A stretch of DNA of 64,000 bases from a virus. The DNA is taken from IMG/VR virus record IMGVR_UViG_3300027708_000024; one strand, written 5' to 3'. Position 1 is the first letter of the stretch; each line of letters begins with the position of its first letter. The notes under the pieces are model-generated. The model made no database searches, was not told the DNA's origin, and saw only the letters and a program-made list of their open reading frames with translations. Below are positions 18,839 to 30,048 of the stretch, piece by piece. Made by a program: the position numbers and the translations under genes.

Positions 18839-21800
18839 ATGAAGAATTTTAATGTTGATCCGTACTATGATGATTTTGACCCAAGTAAAAATTTTCATAG
18901 AATTTTGTTTAAACCAGGATATGCTGTTCAAGCAAGAGAATTAACACAGGCTCAAACAATATTACAAGATCAAATTTCTAAATTTGCGGATAATATTTTT
19001 AAACAAAATACACCAGTAACTGGTGGTAAGGTAACTGTAAATCTTAATGCATATTATGTACAACTGAATACACAGTATAACGGTCAGAATGTTGTCGCAC
19101 AAGATTTTCTTAATAAAGTAATTGCTGATTCTACAGGAACAATTTTAGCAAAAGTTATCGCAACCGCAGAAGGCACTGGTACTTCTGTTGTGGCTGGAGA
19201 TCCACCAACACTAATTCTTTCGTATCTATCAGGTGTACATTTTTCTGATGGTGATGTTTTAGTTCCTACAGATGGTACCAATATTGGTGCCACAGTTGCA
19301 ATTTCAATAGCAAATGCACCATCAACAGGAAAATCATCCGTTGCATCGATTTCTGATGGTGTTTTTTATGTTGTCAATGGATATTCACAATCTTCAGTAC
19401 AAAATCAAGACGGAAGTTATACAAAATATTCTATTGGTAATTTTGTATCTGTCCAACCACAAACTATTATTCTTGACAAATATAGTAACACACCATCATA
19501 TCGTGTTGGATTATCAATAACCGAAACAATTGCAGATTATATTAATGATCCTTCATTATTAGATCCAGCAATCGGCGCATCAAATTACCAAGCACCTGGT
19601 GCAGACAGATACCAAATTATTTTATCATTAATTACATTCCCTCTGACAGTGGGTAACGATGATGCATTTATTGAATTAGTTAGAATAGATCAAGGTAATG
19701 TAATCAAACAGGTAAATGGAACAGTTTATGCTGTAATTGATGATTATTTTGCAAAACGTGATTATGAAACAAATGGTGACTATGTTGTTGATGAATTTAG
19801 ACTAACGCCATCCGCAAACACACTGTATACATCAAAATATGATTTAAGTGTTAGTAAAGGTGTTGCATATGTTCATGGTTATAGAATTGAGAATCAAGCA
19901 AGCATAACATTAACAAGTGATAGAGCCCAAACAACAACAGCAATTGATAATAATGGTGTATATATTGATTATGGTTCATATTTTTATGTTGATACCGTAA
20001 CTGGCACGTTCGATGTTACCACAATGCCAACAGTTGATTTTCATTGTGTTTCGGCATCTGATATTGTATCATCTAATGTAAAAAATTACACATCAACATT
20101 AGTTGGCACTGGTTATATTAGAAATCTAAATTTTGATTACAATATGTCTGGTGATGCAGATACAGATTATTATGTCTATAAAGCATATGTTTGTGATATT
20201 GTTACAAATACACTGACAGGTAATGCTGCATCGGGAACAACAAATACAATCACATTTAATAATACAAATCATAAATTTTCTCGTTCAGCGAATGCATACT
20301 ATGGAGCAACAATTACAATTACTGCCGGAACGAGTGTCGGTGACTCTAGAAAAATTGTATCATATAATGGTAGCACAAGAGTTGCTACAGTAGATCAACC
20401 GTTCAGTGTTGTTCCCGATTCAACAAGTGCATTTAGTCTTGCATTTACGATAGGAACAATAGATTCAATAGCAAAAGCAAACAGCACTTATGCAGTTCTT
20501 GCTTCTGCAAATATTAATGCACAAAGTAAACTCAGAAATATTGTAACAAACGATACAATATTAGGAAATGCAGGTTATCCAGAAATGTTGTTTAAGATTG
20601 GATATCCATATGTTGCATCAATTACTGATTCTAATTATAGTTCAACAAAAGTATTTCGTTCAAAAACATTTACAAACTCCAGTGGTACACCAACAATAAC
20701 AATCAGCATACCATCAGGCACACCCTTAAAGTTCTTAGGAACAGGTACGTTACATAGTGATACCATTAAACAGAATTATACGGTTATTGATCATGCTACA
20801 GGTAAAGTTTTAGATTTATGCACAACAGGGAATACTGTTACGGTTGCTGCGAATAGTTCAACTGTAACATTTACTTCTACTGAATATAATGGTAAAATTG
20901 TTGATATTATTACAAATGTTTCTGTTGCAAATGCAGATTATCAAACAAGTGGTCATGTATTAAAAATTAAAAATTTAGTTTCTGGCAATACAACAGATCC
21001 TATTGCACATACTTCTGGTACAGTAATTAGAACAAATACATATGTTGATACGGCAGACGGTCAAGTCTATATTAAAAATGCAGCATTGAGTACAAATAAA
21101 ATGTCGTTGTATGTTGCTGACGTAAAGAAAATTAAAAAAATTATTGACACAAGAAGTCCAACTGCAATACCAACAGCATCAATGATGTTAAATTCAACCT
21201 ATGATGTAACAACATCTTTTAGATTGGATAATGGTCAACGGGACAATATGTATGATCATGCATCAATTCAATTGATTCCTGGTGCACCTATGCCTGTTGG
21301 TAATATTTTGATTGTGTTTGATTACTATTCGCACACAGGCGGTGATGGATATTTTAGTGTTATGTCATATCTTGCACCATTGTCTAGTTCACCAGAACCA
21401 ACAATTGCAACAATTCCTTCATATACAAGTAGTCATGGCACATTATATAATCTTGAGGATAGTTTAGATTTTAGACCATCAAGAAAAAATGCAGTAACAT
21501 CCTACACGTTTGAAACAACAGGCACACCAAGTGTAGATGATACTGGTATTTTAATTCCTTCTAATCTGAGTCAATTCACACACAATTATTCATATTATCT
21601 TGGAAGAAAAGACAAATTAATCTTAACCAAAGATCAATCATTTAAGATTATTAATGGCACACCTTCGACAAATCCACTTTTACCCAAAGAACCAGACGGG
21701 TCGTTAGTTCTTGCAGAGTTGAGTCTTGATCCATATACCGCATATGTTCCCGGTGAAGGACCACCTGGAGTAATATCAAATTTATCAATTAATAAAATTC

Positions 21801-23974
21801 TGCATAAACGTTGGGCAAAAAGTGATATAACTGATTTACAAACGCAGTTAAATAATCTTGAATATTATACATCATTGAATATGCTTGAACAGAGAGCATC
21901 CGCATTACAAGTATCAGATGTCAATGGGTTAAACCGTTTTAAAAATGGTATTCTTGTTGATGATTTCTCATCTTATTCTACTGCCGATACATTTAATCCA
22001 GATTATTTTGCAAATATTAATACACGAACGAAACAACTATCGCCGACAACAATTGTTAATAATTTTCAATTGCAAAACCCAACAGTTCTTAGCACATTAG
22101 GAACACTAGCAAATACAACAGGATATAGTGTTAAAAGCATCGCAGGAACACAAACTAATATTTTTACATTACCATATACCACTGCCAATGTTGTAACACA
22201 ACAACTTGCAAGTAATACAGTCAGTGTTAATCCATTCAATGTTACAATTCAAGAAGGTATTGGTACATTAAATCCACCTATGGATAACTGGGTGGATAAT
22301 ACAAATGCACCTGCAATTCTGATTACCGATCCTGCGATGCAAGTTTTTCAACAAAGTGCTGGTGTTAACCTAACAAATAGTGGTGATTTTCAAACTATTC
22401 CTGGAACAACATCAACCTCAACATCATCTGTTAGAACTGGTAGAGTAGTTGCATCGACTACATCAACATATGGTTCGCAAATTCAAAATCAATCTACTAC
22501 TGAAGGATATAGTCCAGTATCATCAACATATGCTTCAAACAATGGGTATTTGACAAATGTTGCAGTATTACCTTATATTAGACCACAGCAAATAATTGTT
22601 AGTTCTAAAGGACTTTTAGTTAATACACCAGTAAGTGCATGGTTTGATGGTCAAGATGTGAGTGCATATATTACTACACCAAATACTATTGAGTTGACTG
22701 ATGTTTCTGGTAAATTTTTAACGAATGATGTTGTTGGTTTCTATCTTGCTGACAATGATACATTTTATCCTATTGGTAGAGTTACTTCAGTATACACATA
22801 TCCAAAAGTAACAGGCCAATCGACAAAAGTAAGATTGTATATGGGAACGTTTATTGGTTTACCCGCAACAGTTGCAACTACTACATTGAGAAATGCACAC
22901 TTTGATTCAAATGGTAATTATATTAATTATGCTTCTGATTCAAAAGCAGCAAGTGGTAAAACTTTAAACGATGCAATTATTTCATTGAGTAGGTCTGGAA
23001 ATATTACTGCCGCGGGTGGTAGTTTTACAATATCAGGAAATACTGTTGCTCAATCAATGTACAAGACTCCAACATACAGTACATATTGTTCGTTCTTAAA
23101 TCAATATGGTGTTTGGGGTACACCAAATAATTCATCAACATACAATGCATCATTTATTATAGAAAATATACCAGCAGATACGTATACATTTACATCATCC
23201 GCACATACTGGCGCTGTCATAAAGGCGAACGGAAGACCTATAGTAAATGTTTCAAGTTGGACAACAACAACAACAAACACAGTATCTCTTCCGGAAGGAA
23301 CAGCCAACCTATCGATTTCAGCAACTAATAGTTCTGGTGGTGCAGCAGTTGCAGTAACGGTTGCAAATTCAAAAGGTAATATTGTGTGGACATCATTAAA
23401 TCCACCAGGATTAACCCGATCAAATGTTAAAACGGAATTAGTGATGCCTTTAGGTGGCGCATGGTTTGAAGGTGTGACTGCTGTACAGTTAGACTCAAAT
23501 GCATCTGCAAATAATGAGTATTACACAGGAACAACTATCAATATTACATCAAAGTACATTTATAGTTTCACTTATGGTGCAACGTATGTTCCACCAAAAA
23601 AGAAAAGTAGTTGCTGTGTCGTTGCAACTGCAATGACTAATAGTGGAAATATGTCGCTTATGAAATATGCAAGAATTAATGCATGGGCGACCAATAAATT
23701 AGATAAAAGTTGGATAGGCGAACGTTTTCATAGAGGTTATCATATTATAGGATCAAATATTCTTATTCCTATGATGAGACAAAATAATATACTATCAAAA
23801 TATGTACAATGGTCATTTAGTAATGGTACCAATATGCTGATGGGTAAAAAATATAATAAATGGTCTATACCAAATAGCATACCTTGGTTAACCGCAATGA
23901 TGATAACTGGACTATTTGTGAGTAAAGAGTATGCAGAGAAAACATGGAATTCTTTGTATAAAAAAAAGCAATAA
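18839..23974 (+). CDS. Large DUF4815/VrlC-like baseplate/tail structural protein, N-terminal part, ending in a CFI-box-like domain
   Basis: FNVDPYYDDFD..FHRILFKPGYAVQARELTQ, APGADRY, LEYYTSL, RFKNGILVDDF; C-terminus SSCCVVATAM..GERFHRGYH. Confidence 0.8.
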   Translation: MKNFNVDPYYDDFDPSKNFHRILFKPGYAVQARELTQAQTILQDQISKFADNIFKQNTPVTGGKVTVNLNAYYVQLNTQYNGQNVVAQDFLNKVIADSTGTILAKVIATAEGTGTSVVAGDPPTLILSYLSGVHFSDGDVLVPTDGTNIGATVAISIANAPSTGKSSVASISDGVFYVVNGYSQSSVQNQDGSYTKYSIGNFVSVQPQTIILDKYSNTPSYRVGLSITETIADYINDPSLLDPAIGASNYQAPGADRYQIILSLITFPLTVGNDDAFIELVRIDQGNVIKQVNGTVYAVIDDYFAKRDYETNGDYVVDEFRLTPSANTLYTSKYDLSVSKGVAYVHGYRIENQASITLTSDRAQTTTAIDNNGVYIDYGSYFYVDTVTGTFDVTTMPTVDFHCVSASDIVSSNVKNYTSTLVGTGYIRNLNFDYNMSGDADTDYYVYKAYVCDIVTNTLTGNAASGTTNTITFNNTNHKFSRSANAYYGATITITAGTSVGDSRKIVSYNGSTRVATVDQPFSVVPDSTSAFSLAFTIGTIDSIAKANSTYAVLASANINAQSKLRNIVTNDTILGNAGYPEMLFKIGYPYVASITDSNYSSTKVFRSKTFTNSSGTPTITISIPSGTPLKFLGTGTLHSDTIKQNYTVIDHATGKVLDLCTTGNTVTVAANSSTVTFTSTEYNGKIVDIITNVSVANADYQTSGHVLKIKNLVSGNTTDPIAHTSGTVIRTNTYVDTADGQVYIKNAALSTNKMSLYVADVKKIKKIIDTRSPTAIPTASMMLNSTYDVTTSFRLDNGQRDNMYDHASIQLIPGAPMPVGNILIVFDYYSHTGGDGYFSVMSYLAPLSSSPEPTIATIPSYTSSHGTLYNLEDSLDFRPSRKNAVTSYTFETTGTPSVDDTGILIPSNLSQFTHNYSYYLGRKDKLILTKDQSFKIINGTPSTNPLLPKEPDGSLVLAELSLDPYTAYVPGEGPPGVISNLSINKILHKRWAKSDITDLQTQLNNLEYYTSLNMLEQRASALQVSDVNGLNRFKNGILVDDFSSYSTADTFNPDYFANINTRTKQLSPTTIVNNFQLQNPTVLSTLGTLANTTGYSVKSIAGTQTNIFTLPYTTANVVTQQLASNTVSVNPFNVTIQEGIGTLNPPMDNWVDNTNAPAILITDPAMQVFQQSAGVNLTNSGDFQTIPGTTSTSTSSVRTGRVVASTTSTYGSQIQNQSTTEGYSPVSSTYASNNGYLTNVAVLPYIRPQQIIVSSKGLLVNTPVSAWFDGQDVSAYITTPNTIELTDVSGKFLTNDVVGFYLADNDTFYPIGRVTSVYTYPKVTGQSTKVRLYMGTFIGLPATVATTTLRNAHFDSNGNYINYASDSKAASGKTLNDAIISLSRSGNITAAGGSFTISGNTVAQSMYKTPTYSTYCSFLNQYGVWGTPNNSSTYNASFIIENIPADTYTFTSSAHTGAVIKANGRPIVNVSSWTTTTTNTVSLPEGTANLSISATNSSGGAAVAVTVANSKGNIVWTSLNPPGLTRSNVKTELVMPLGGAWFEGVTAVQLDSNASANNEYYTGTTINITSKYIYSFTYGATYVPPKKKSSCCVVATAMTNSGNMSLMKYARINAWATNKLDKSWIGERFHRGYHIIGSNILIPMMRQNNILSKYVQWSFSNGTNMLMGKKYNKWSIPNSIPWLTAMMITGLFVSKEYAEKTWNSLYKKKQ

Positions 23975-23977
23975 ATA
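23970..23977 (+). promoter_or_regulatory. Late-promoter variant AATAAATA upstream of the second DUF4815 fragment
   Basis: One mismatch to TATAAATA, followed by SD AGGA and ATG at 24004. Confidence 0.5.
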
Positions 23978-24003
23978 ATTAATTGAACATTTTAGGAAAA
24001 TAA

Positions 24004-26166
24004 ATGGCAAATCCAGCAATAACATTATCGAGTTTGTACACATATACTGCAAACATAGTTTCATATGACGGTACAACAAAACTTGCACAGTTAGATACGC
24101 CGGTTAGTATTTCTTTGGGACAAAATGAGCAAGAAGGAATGATAAGTTCTAAATATTCAATTATCGGAAATGCTACAAATATTTCTAGAGCAATATCGTC
24201 TGGAAGACCAGCTACATTATCAACCGACGAATCTGGTAATTTTGTTGGTATTTTTAATGTTCCGCTAGCTACATTTCAAACCGGACAAAGAGTATTTCGT
24301 ATAGATAATAGAACAGTACCGAATGATCCAGCATCAGCAACTACATATAGTGAGGCAACATTTACTGCATCAGGACTTTCAACAGTATCACAAAAATTAA
24401 ATTTTGGACCGTCAGTTGATGCATCAGGAACAACATTTACCCAAGTAAATCAAACACCAAGACACTTGCTGAGTTCAGTCACAACATATTTTAAAGTTGA
24501 TCCAATTGCACAAACATTTATTATTGATAAAGATAACTATCCAAATGGTTTATTTTTAAGTTCGGTTAAAATATTCTTCTATTCAAAGCCGGCAACCGAT
24601 ATTCCTATTCAATTATCATTATTAGGAACACTTAATGGGTACCCAAACGGAGTAACACTAGATCATTCTAAAGTGATGTTAAATTCAAGTCAGGTTGTTG
24701 TATCAAGAAATCCGCATTATTTAGATTCAGCAACATATACCGAATTTATGTTTGAGGCACCCGTATATGTAGAGTCTGGCGTTTTATATGCAATCATGTT
24801 GCATTCCAGTTCAGCTGATTATCAAGTTTATTTTGCTCAACAAAATGCTATAGCAAAACCCTCAACAGCAAAAGCATTACCCACAGATGCTAATCCTACA
24901 GATACTACAAAAATTAATGGTACACCTTATGTTGGTGCATTATTTGAATCACAAAATGGAATTACTTGGACAGCAGATCAGACAAAACAAATGATGTTTG
25001 TTATTGATAGATGTGTGTTCAACACAAATGTGTCATCAACTATTCCATTTGTTGTGCCTAGAAATTTACCATTTAGAAAATTAGGTACTGATGATATTCA
25101 ACATAGACTAGATGCAAATAGTGTATCGAATTTATATGGAAATTATAGTAGAGAACTTGTTATGGATGCGTTGAACATATCAACTACGCAGTATTTGCCA
25201 ACAGAAACAAACGTTGACTATTCATATCAGGCGGTTATAAAGAACGGTAACAATTTAGATAGCATACAGTCAGTTCATCCAGGTCAATATGGAACACCAA
25301 CATCCGATAACATATATTTGGATGATGGTTTGGGAGAACGAATTTTATTAAAAAATAGAGACGCAGCGTTTACTCTATATGCAACTCTATCATCTAACGA
25401 CCCCAACGTCAGTCCAATTGTTTCTGATGATGGTATTACCTTATATAATATTCAATATGTAATCAACAATATGGGGATAGGAAATAATGTAATTTCTATT
25501 AGTGATGGTGGTTTAGGATATAATATTGCAAATACACAGGTTATTGTGAGTAATCCAGATATTGGATCCGATGCTGCGATTTTTGGATTAACCGCAAATT
25601 CATCCGGAACAATAACAGATGTATATACAGTATATCCCGGTTCTGGTTACATAACAACACCGACAATTAGTTTATATGATCCAAATGCGACAATACCGGC
25701 AGTTGCAACTATTCATGGAGAAACATCATCAACTGGTGGTAATTCATTTGCGAAATATTTTACGAAGAAAGTTGTTTTAACTCCAGCAAATGATTCTGGC
25801 GATTTAAGAGTATTCTATACTGCATATAAACCATTAGGAACAAATATTTTTGTTTATTACAAAATATTGAATAGAAATGATAGTCAACAACTTGAAGAAG
25901 GTAATTGGCAATTAATGACACAAATGGGAAATCAAACCGTATACTCAACATCAAGAACAGATTTAATTGAATTTGAATGTGCTCCCGGTGTATATGGCTC
26001 AGGTCAAGCAGACAATTTTATATCATACACAAGCAATAATGGAACAACATACACAATATTCAGTCAATTTGCAATTAAAGTTGTAATGGCAACAAATGAT
26101 AATACGAATGTTCCGTTTTTAAGTGACATTCGAGCATTAGCATTGCCTTCAGGAACAGGAATTTAA
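24004..26166 (+). CDS. DUF4815/VrlC-like structural protein, C-terminal part
   Basis: DPIAQTF, GLFLSSVKIFF, GALFESQNGITWTADQ, KYFTKKVVL, FAIKVVM..DIRALAL, motifs that normally close this protein family. Confidence 0.8.
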   Translation: MANPAITLSSLYTYTANIVSYDGTTKLAQLDTPVSISLGQNEQEGMISSKYSIIGNATNISRAISSGRPATLSTDESGNFVGIFNVPLATFQTGQRVFRIDNRTVPNDPASATTYSEATFTASGLSTVSQKLNFGPSVDASGTTFTQVNQTPRHLLSSVTTYFKVDPIAQTFIIDKDNYPNGLFLSSVKIFFYSKPATDIPIQLSLLGTLNGYPNGVTLDHSKVMLNSSQVVVSRNPHYLDSATYTEFMFEAPVYVESGVLYAIMLHSSSADYQVYFAQQNAIAKPSTAKALPTDANPTDTTKINGTPYVGALFESQNGITWTADQTKQMMFVIDRCVFNTNVSSTIPFVVPRNLPFRKLGTDDIQHRLDANSVSNLYGNYSRELVMDALNISTTQYLPTETNVDYSYQAVIKNGNNLDSIQSVHPGQYGTPTSDNIYLDDGLGERILLKNRDAAFTLYATLSSNDPNVSPIVSDDGITLYNIQYVINNMGIGNNVISISDGGLGYNIANTQVIVSNPDIGSDAAIFGLTANSSGTITDVYTVYPGSGYITTPTISLYDPNATIPAVATIHGETSSTGGNSFAKYFTKKVVLTPANDSGDLRVFYTAYKPLGTNIFVYYKILNRNDSQQLEEGNWQLMTQMGNQTVYSTSRTDLIEFECAPGVYGSGQADNFISYTSNNGTTYTIFSQFAIKVVMATNDNTNVPFLSDIRALALPSGTGI

Positions 26167-26167
26167 T

Positions 26168-26389
26168 ATGTCTCTAGTTAAAGTTACTAATTCAAATTTT
26201 GTAAGAGATACTCAAAGTATGGCATTAATGAATACAGATGATACGGCCAGAAATGAGTATTACTCTAAGGTTCGCATGTTAAAGACTCAGAAAGATGAGA
26301 TAAATACTGTGAAACAAGAGATAGATGGCATCAGAAACGAAATGTCTGAAATCAAACAATTGATGCTCAAATTAATAGAAAAAGGTTAA
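26168..26389 (+). CDS. Small coiled-coil protein typically following the VrlC-like gene
   Basis: FVRDTQSMALMN..EINTVKQEI..EIKQLMLKL. Confidence 0.7.
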   Translation: MSLVKVTNSNFVRDTQSMALMNTDDTARNEYYSKVRMLKTQKDEINTVKQEIDGIRNEMSEIKQLMLKLIEKG

Positions 26390-26390
26390 A

Positions 26391-29300
26391 ATGGCGAATA
26401 CCGTTACTTTATTAAGTTATGCCAATACTTTTGGTGATTGGGTTACTACTACCAATCAGGTAGTAAAAGAGAATAATGATCTTGCTGCAAATAACTACAT
26501 TAAACCCACAGGAACATTATACTTAAATGATCCAACAACAGGATTATCTGTTTTAACTGGCGCAATATTTCAAGGTACATTTCAAGTTGCTGGCACTGGA
26601 TCTTCTGCATATGTTCAAAATAATCTTAGTGTAGATAGACAAGTATATTTTACAAATACAACTTTAGGTTTAACTAATTCTGGACAAGCAAATATCAATG
26701 GTCTTTTAATTGCACAAGGACCAGGTTTGAGTTTGTATGTTGCAAATAATGCAAATATCAAAGGCGTATTGACCGTCAGTAATAATGTAACAATTACAGG
26801 TAATACCAATTTACAAAACACATTGTATGTTACGGGCAATACCACGTTAAGTAATACACTATCTGTTGTTGGTAACACAGCACTGGAAAGTGCTTTAGAT
26901 GTAACAGGTAATACAAGATTAGCAGATAAATTATATGTTTCTGGTAGTGTAACAATTAGTAATGATTTAAATGTTACATCAACTGGAATAGTTCATATTC
27001 TTCAAGCAAATACGGCAGTCAATACAGCAACAGTTTCGGTTGTTGGTAGAACAATCACAGATACTTTGGTAGCAAATACTTCATCAAGAACACCAATTGT
27101 TTATACCGAAAATGTAAAGGCAAACAATTCAGTAAATACGGCCGTAGCGTCGATTGTGGGGACAACATATACAAACAGACTACAAGCAAATGCCACAGTC
27201 AATACAGCGACTTCTAGTGTCTCTGGTACATCATATACAAATATACTTCAGGCGAACTCGGTAGTCAATACTGCCACATCCAGTGTTACTGGCACAAATT
27301 ATGCAAATGTTACTCAGGCAAATACTGCGGTAAATACAGCAACACTATCTGTTGTTGGTACATCATATACAAATATCATAAAAGCAAATACTGCTGTAGA
27401 TGTGAGTGGAAATGTGTACGCAGATGTGGTTTCTGCGAATTCAAGTATAAGTGTACCAACATTATCTGTTACGACTAGATTAAATGGTAATTTAGCAAAT
27501 ATGTCTGCAAATTCCATGGCAATTGGTACTGGTGGTTTGAGTGTCGCAGGAAATTTTATTATTAATGGTCAGACAGTTTATAATGTGGATACATTTACAT
27601 TAAGTGCAGGTGCCACTGTTGGAATAAATGGATATTTTCAGAATTATAGAGGTGCTAACACAGCGAATGCAGTTATTCGTTGGAATGAAGATAGCAAGTA
27701 TTGGGATTTAAATGATGTCAACAATTTAAATCAGGCAACAACATATTCAAAAATTTTAACTGCTAACTTAATCAGTGACTCAGTATCGTCATTATCGTCA
27801 AGTACACTTGCATCATCTAAAGCAGCAAATACATTAAATGATAGTATTGTTACCGCAAATACAAACTCAAAATTATATACTGATGCACAAATAGCTGCAA
27901 ATGCAGTAAGTGCAAACAGCGTAATTACTACTGCAAATAGTAACATGAAGTTATATGTAAATTATGTAGTAACGGATAATGCAACAAGTGCCAATGCATA
28001 TACTGATGCACAAATAGCTGCAAATGCAGTAAGTGCAAACAGCGTAATTACTACTGCAAATAGTAACATGAAGTTATATGTTGACGCCAACGTATCATCA
28101 TTGCAAACACAAATATCATCAAATGTAACTTCGTTGCAAAGTCAAATTACTGCTAATGTTAATACCATTTCAAGTATTAATTCATATCAAAATACCAATA
28201 TAACAATTACTGGTTCGTATGCTAACTCTGCATACAATAGAGCAAACGCAGCAGCAAATAGTTTCACAGGCACAACAGGTACCGCAACACCTACAAATGG
28301 AAATATTACATTTGCAAGTAATAATGGTGTTATTATTTCCGGTCAAGGAAGTACCTTATATGTTAATACATCACAAGATTTAAGAACAACTGCATCACCA
28401 ACATTCAACTCATTAACATTAACCAATCCTCTTGCAACAACACAAGGTGGTACTGGATCAGCAACAACTAGTGGTGCGATTCAAAATCTGTTAGGAGGAT
28501 TAGGATCAGGATCAGCAGGTTATGCTGTTCTTACGAATGGTGCGGGTTCATTCTATTTAGGTTCTAGTGGTGGTGGTGGTGCAACTACTGCCGTTGGTAC
28601 ATTAATTAATATTTCAAGTAATACACAAACGGCACCAGCAGCACAAACATTATTTTATTCTGCAAACGTTGCAACCAATACCCCATACACACCGGGATTG
28701 AACCAATTAAAAGTTTTCATTAATGGTATAAGACAAACATTAAATGATTACACAGAATATTCAAATGGTGCATTTAGATTGACTAGTGGTGCAACTGCTG
28801 GAGATGTGGTTTTGTCTGAGGTATATGGTCAATACACATATGATAATTGGGCAAATGCAACAGTATTCACAGTTAATAGTAATATTTCTTCAACTGCAAA
28901 TACTGTTCAACTTGCTATTGATGGATTGACAAGTAAACTCACCACATATTATGCAAACACCAGTTCTTCATACTCAAATCCAAGTTGGATTACATCACTA
29001 GATGCTACCAAGATTAGTTCTGGAACATTACCTAGTGCTAGATTATCTGGTTCTTACACTAGTATAAGTGGTGTTGGTACATTAACAGCAGGTTCAATAC
29101 CAACAACTTTAATTACTGGTCTTGCTACATCAGCAACAACAGATACAACTAATGCAAGTAATATTACTTCTGGAACATTAGCAAATACAAGATTTGGAAC
29201 AACAAGTAATGTTCAATTCTTCTCAATTGGCGCTGGAACTGCCGCATCTGCATCTATTGGTGAGATTCGTGCAACGGGTAAAATTACTGCTGGTTATTCT

Positions 29301-29597
29301 GATGATAAATTAAAAACTAAATTAGGTAGCATTGAGAATGCACTAAGTAAGGTGATGGATTTAAATGGTTTCTACTACGAAGCAAACAAAACAGCACAAG
29401 AACTTGGCTATAAAGTAAACCGTGAAGTTGGTTTGTCAGCACAAGAAGTCAAAAAAGTGTTACCTGAAGTAATTGTAACAGCACCAATAGACGATAAATA
29501 CTTGACTATTCAGTATGATAGAGTTGTTCCTTTATTAGTTGAGGCAATCAAAGAGTTGAAACATGAAATAGATATGTTAAAAGGAAGTAAACAATGA
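26391..29597 (+). CDS. Tail fibre protein with C-terminal Peptidase_S74 intramolecular chaperone
   Basis: NTFGDWVTTTN N-terminus, VxGN beta repeats, SDDKLK..IENAL..GLSAQEV..YDRVVPLLVEAIKEL. Confidence 0.85.
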   Translation: MANTVTLLSYANTFGDWVTTTNQVVKENNDLAANNYIKPTGTLYLNDPTTGLSVLTGAIFQGTFQVAGTGSSAYVQNNLSVDRQVYFTNTTLGLTNSGQANINGLLIAQGPGLSLYVANNANIKGVLTVSNNVTITGNTNLQNTLYVTGNTTLSNTLSVVGNTALESALDVTGNTRLADKLYVSGSVTISNDLNVTSTGIVHILQANTAVNTATVSVVGRTITDTLVANTSSRTPIVYTENVKANNSVNTAVASIVGTTYTNRLQANATVNTATSSVSGTSYTNILQANSVVNTATSSVTGTNYANVTQANTAVNTATLSVVGTSYTNIIKANTAVDVSGNVYADVVSANSSISVPTLSVTTRLNGNLANMSANSMAIGTGGLSVAGNFIINGQTVYNVDTFTLSAGATVGINGYFQNYRGANTANAVIRWNEDSKYWDLNDVNNLNQATTYSKILTANLISDSVSSLSSSTLASSKAANTLNDSIVTANTNSKLYTDAQIAANAVSANSVITTANSNMKLYVNYVVTDNATSANAYTDAQIAANAVSANSVITTANSNMKLYVDANVSSLQTQISSNVTSLQSQITANVNTISSINSYQNTNITITGSYANSAYNRANAAANSFTGTTGTATPTNGNITFASNNGVIISGQGSTLYVNTSQDLRTTASPTFNSLTLTNPLATTQGGTGSATTSGAIQNLLGGLGSGSAGYAVLTNGAGSFYLGSSGGGGATTAVGTLINISSNTQTAPAAQTLFYSANVATNTPYTPGLNQLKVFINGIRQTLNDYTEYSNGAFRLTSGATAGDVVLSEVYGQYTYDNWANATVFTVNSNISSTANTVQLAIDGLTSKLTTYYANTSSSYSNPSWITSLDATKISSGTLPSARLSGSYTSISGVGTLTAGSIPTTLITGLATSATTDTTNASNITSGTLANTRFGTTSNVQFFSIGAGTAASASIGEIRATGKITAGYSDDKLKTKLGSIENALSKVMDLNGFYYEANKTAQELGYKVNREVGLSAQEVKKVLPEVIVTAPIDDKYLTIQYDRVVPLLVEAIKELKHEIDMLKGSKQ
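27875..28081 (+). repeat. Perfect 84-nt direct repeat (27875-27958 / 27998-28081), 123-nt period
   Basis: Encodes YTDAQIAANAVSANSVITTANSNMKLYV twice. Confidence 0.9.
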
Positions 29598-30037
29598 CCA
29601 CAAAAGTCACACCATCAGTATTGCAAAATACTGCGGTAAGCGCAGGATCATATGGTAATACCACACAACATGTTGCAATAACCGTCGATGCTCAAGGACG
29701 ATTAACCTCCGCAGCAAATGTAACACCAAGTATAGCAAATACACAAATTACTGGTGTGATGACTGCATCACAATTAGCAAGCACTGCGGTTACTGCTGGT
29801 TCATATGGTAACTCTACAACATCTATAAGTTTAACAATTGATGCACAAGGTAGAATAACATCAGCAGCAAATGCAGCAATATCAGTTGCAGGTGGTGTCA
29901 TATATGAAAATAATCAAACAATAACATCAAACTATACTATGACTAGCGGTAAATCAGGAATGTCCGTTGGACCAATCACACTAAATACTGGGGTAACAAT
30001 AACATTACCTACTGGTTCTCGCTGGGTTATTTTATAA
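29594..30037 (+). CDS. Small tail-fibre module protein
   Basis: Two AGSYGN..ITVDAQGR.TSAAN repeats plus YENNQTITSNYT..GPIT..GSRWVIL end. Confidence 0.7.
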   Translation: MTTKVTPSVLQNTAVSAGSYGNTTQHVAITVDAQGRLTSAANVTPSIANTQITGVMTASQLASTAVTAGSYGNSTTSISLTIDAQGRITSAANAAISVAGGVIYENNQTITSNYTMTSGKSGMSVGPITLNTGVTITLPTGSRWVIL

Positions 30038-30048
30038 AAGGATAATTT

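Noticed and set aside
9183-26166. Stop-codon reassignment explaining the split gp5 and DUF4815 genes
   Set aside because: Splits end in TAA and downstream parts have their own SD; conserved genes are full length in the standard code and use TAA, TAG and TGA as stops
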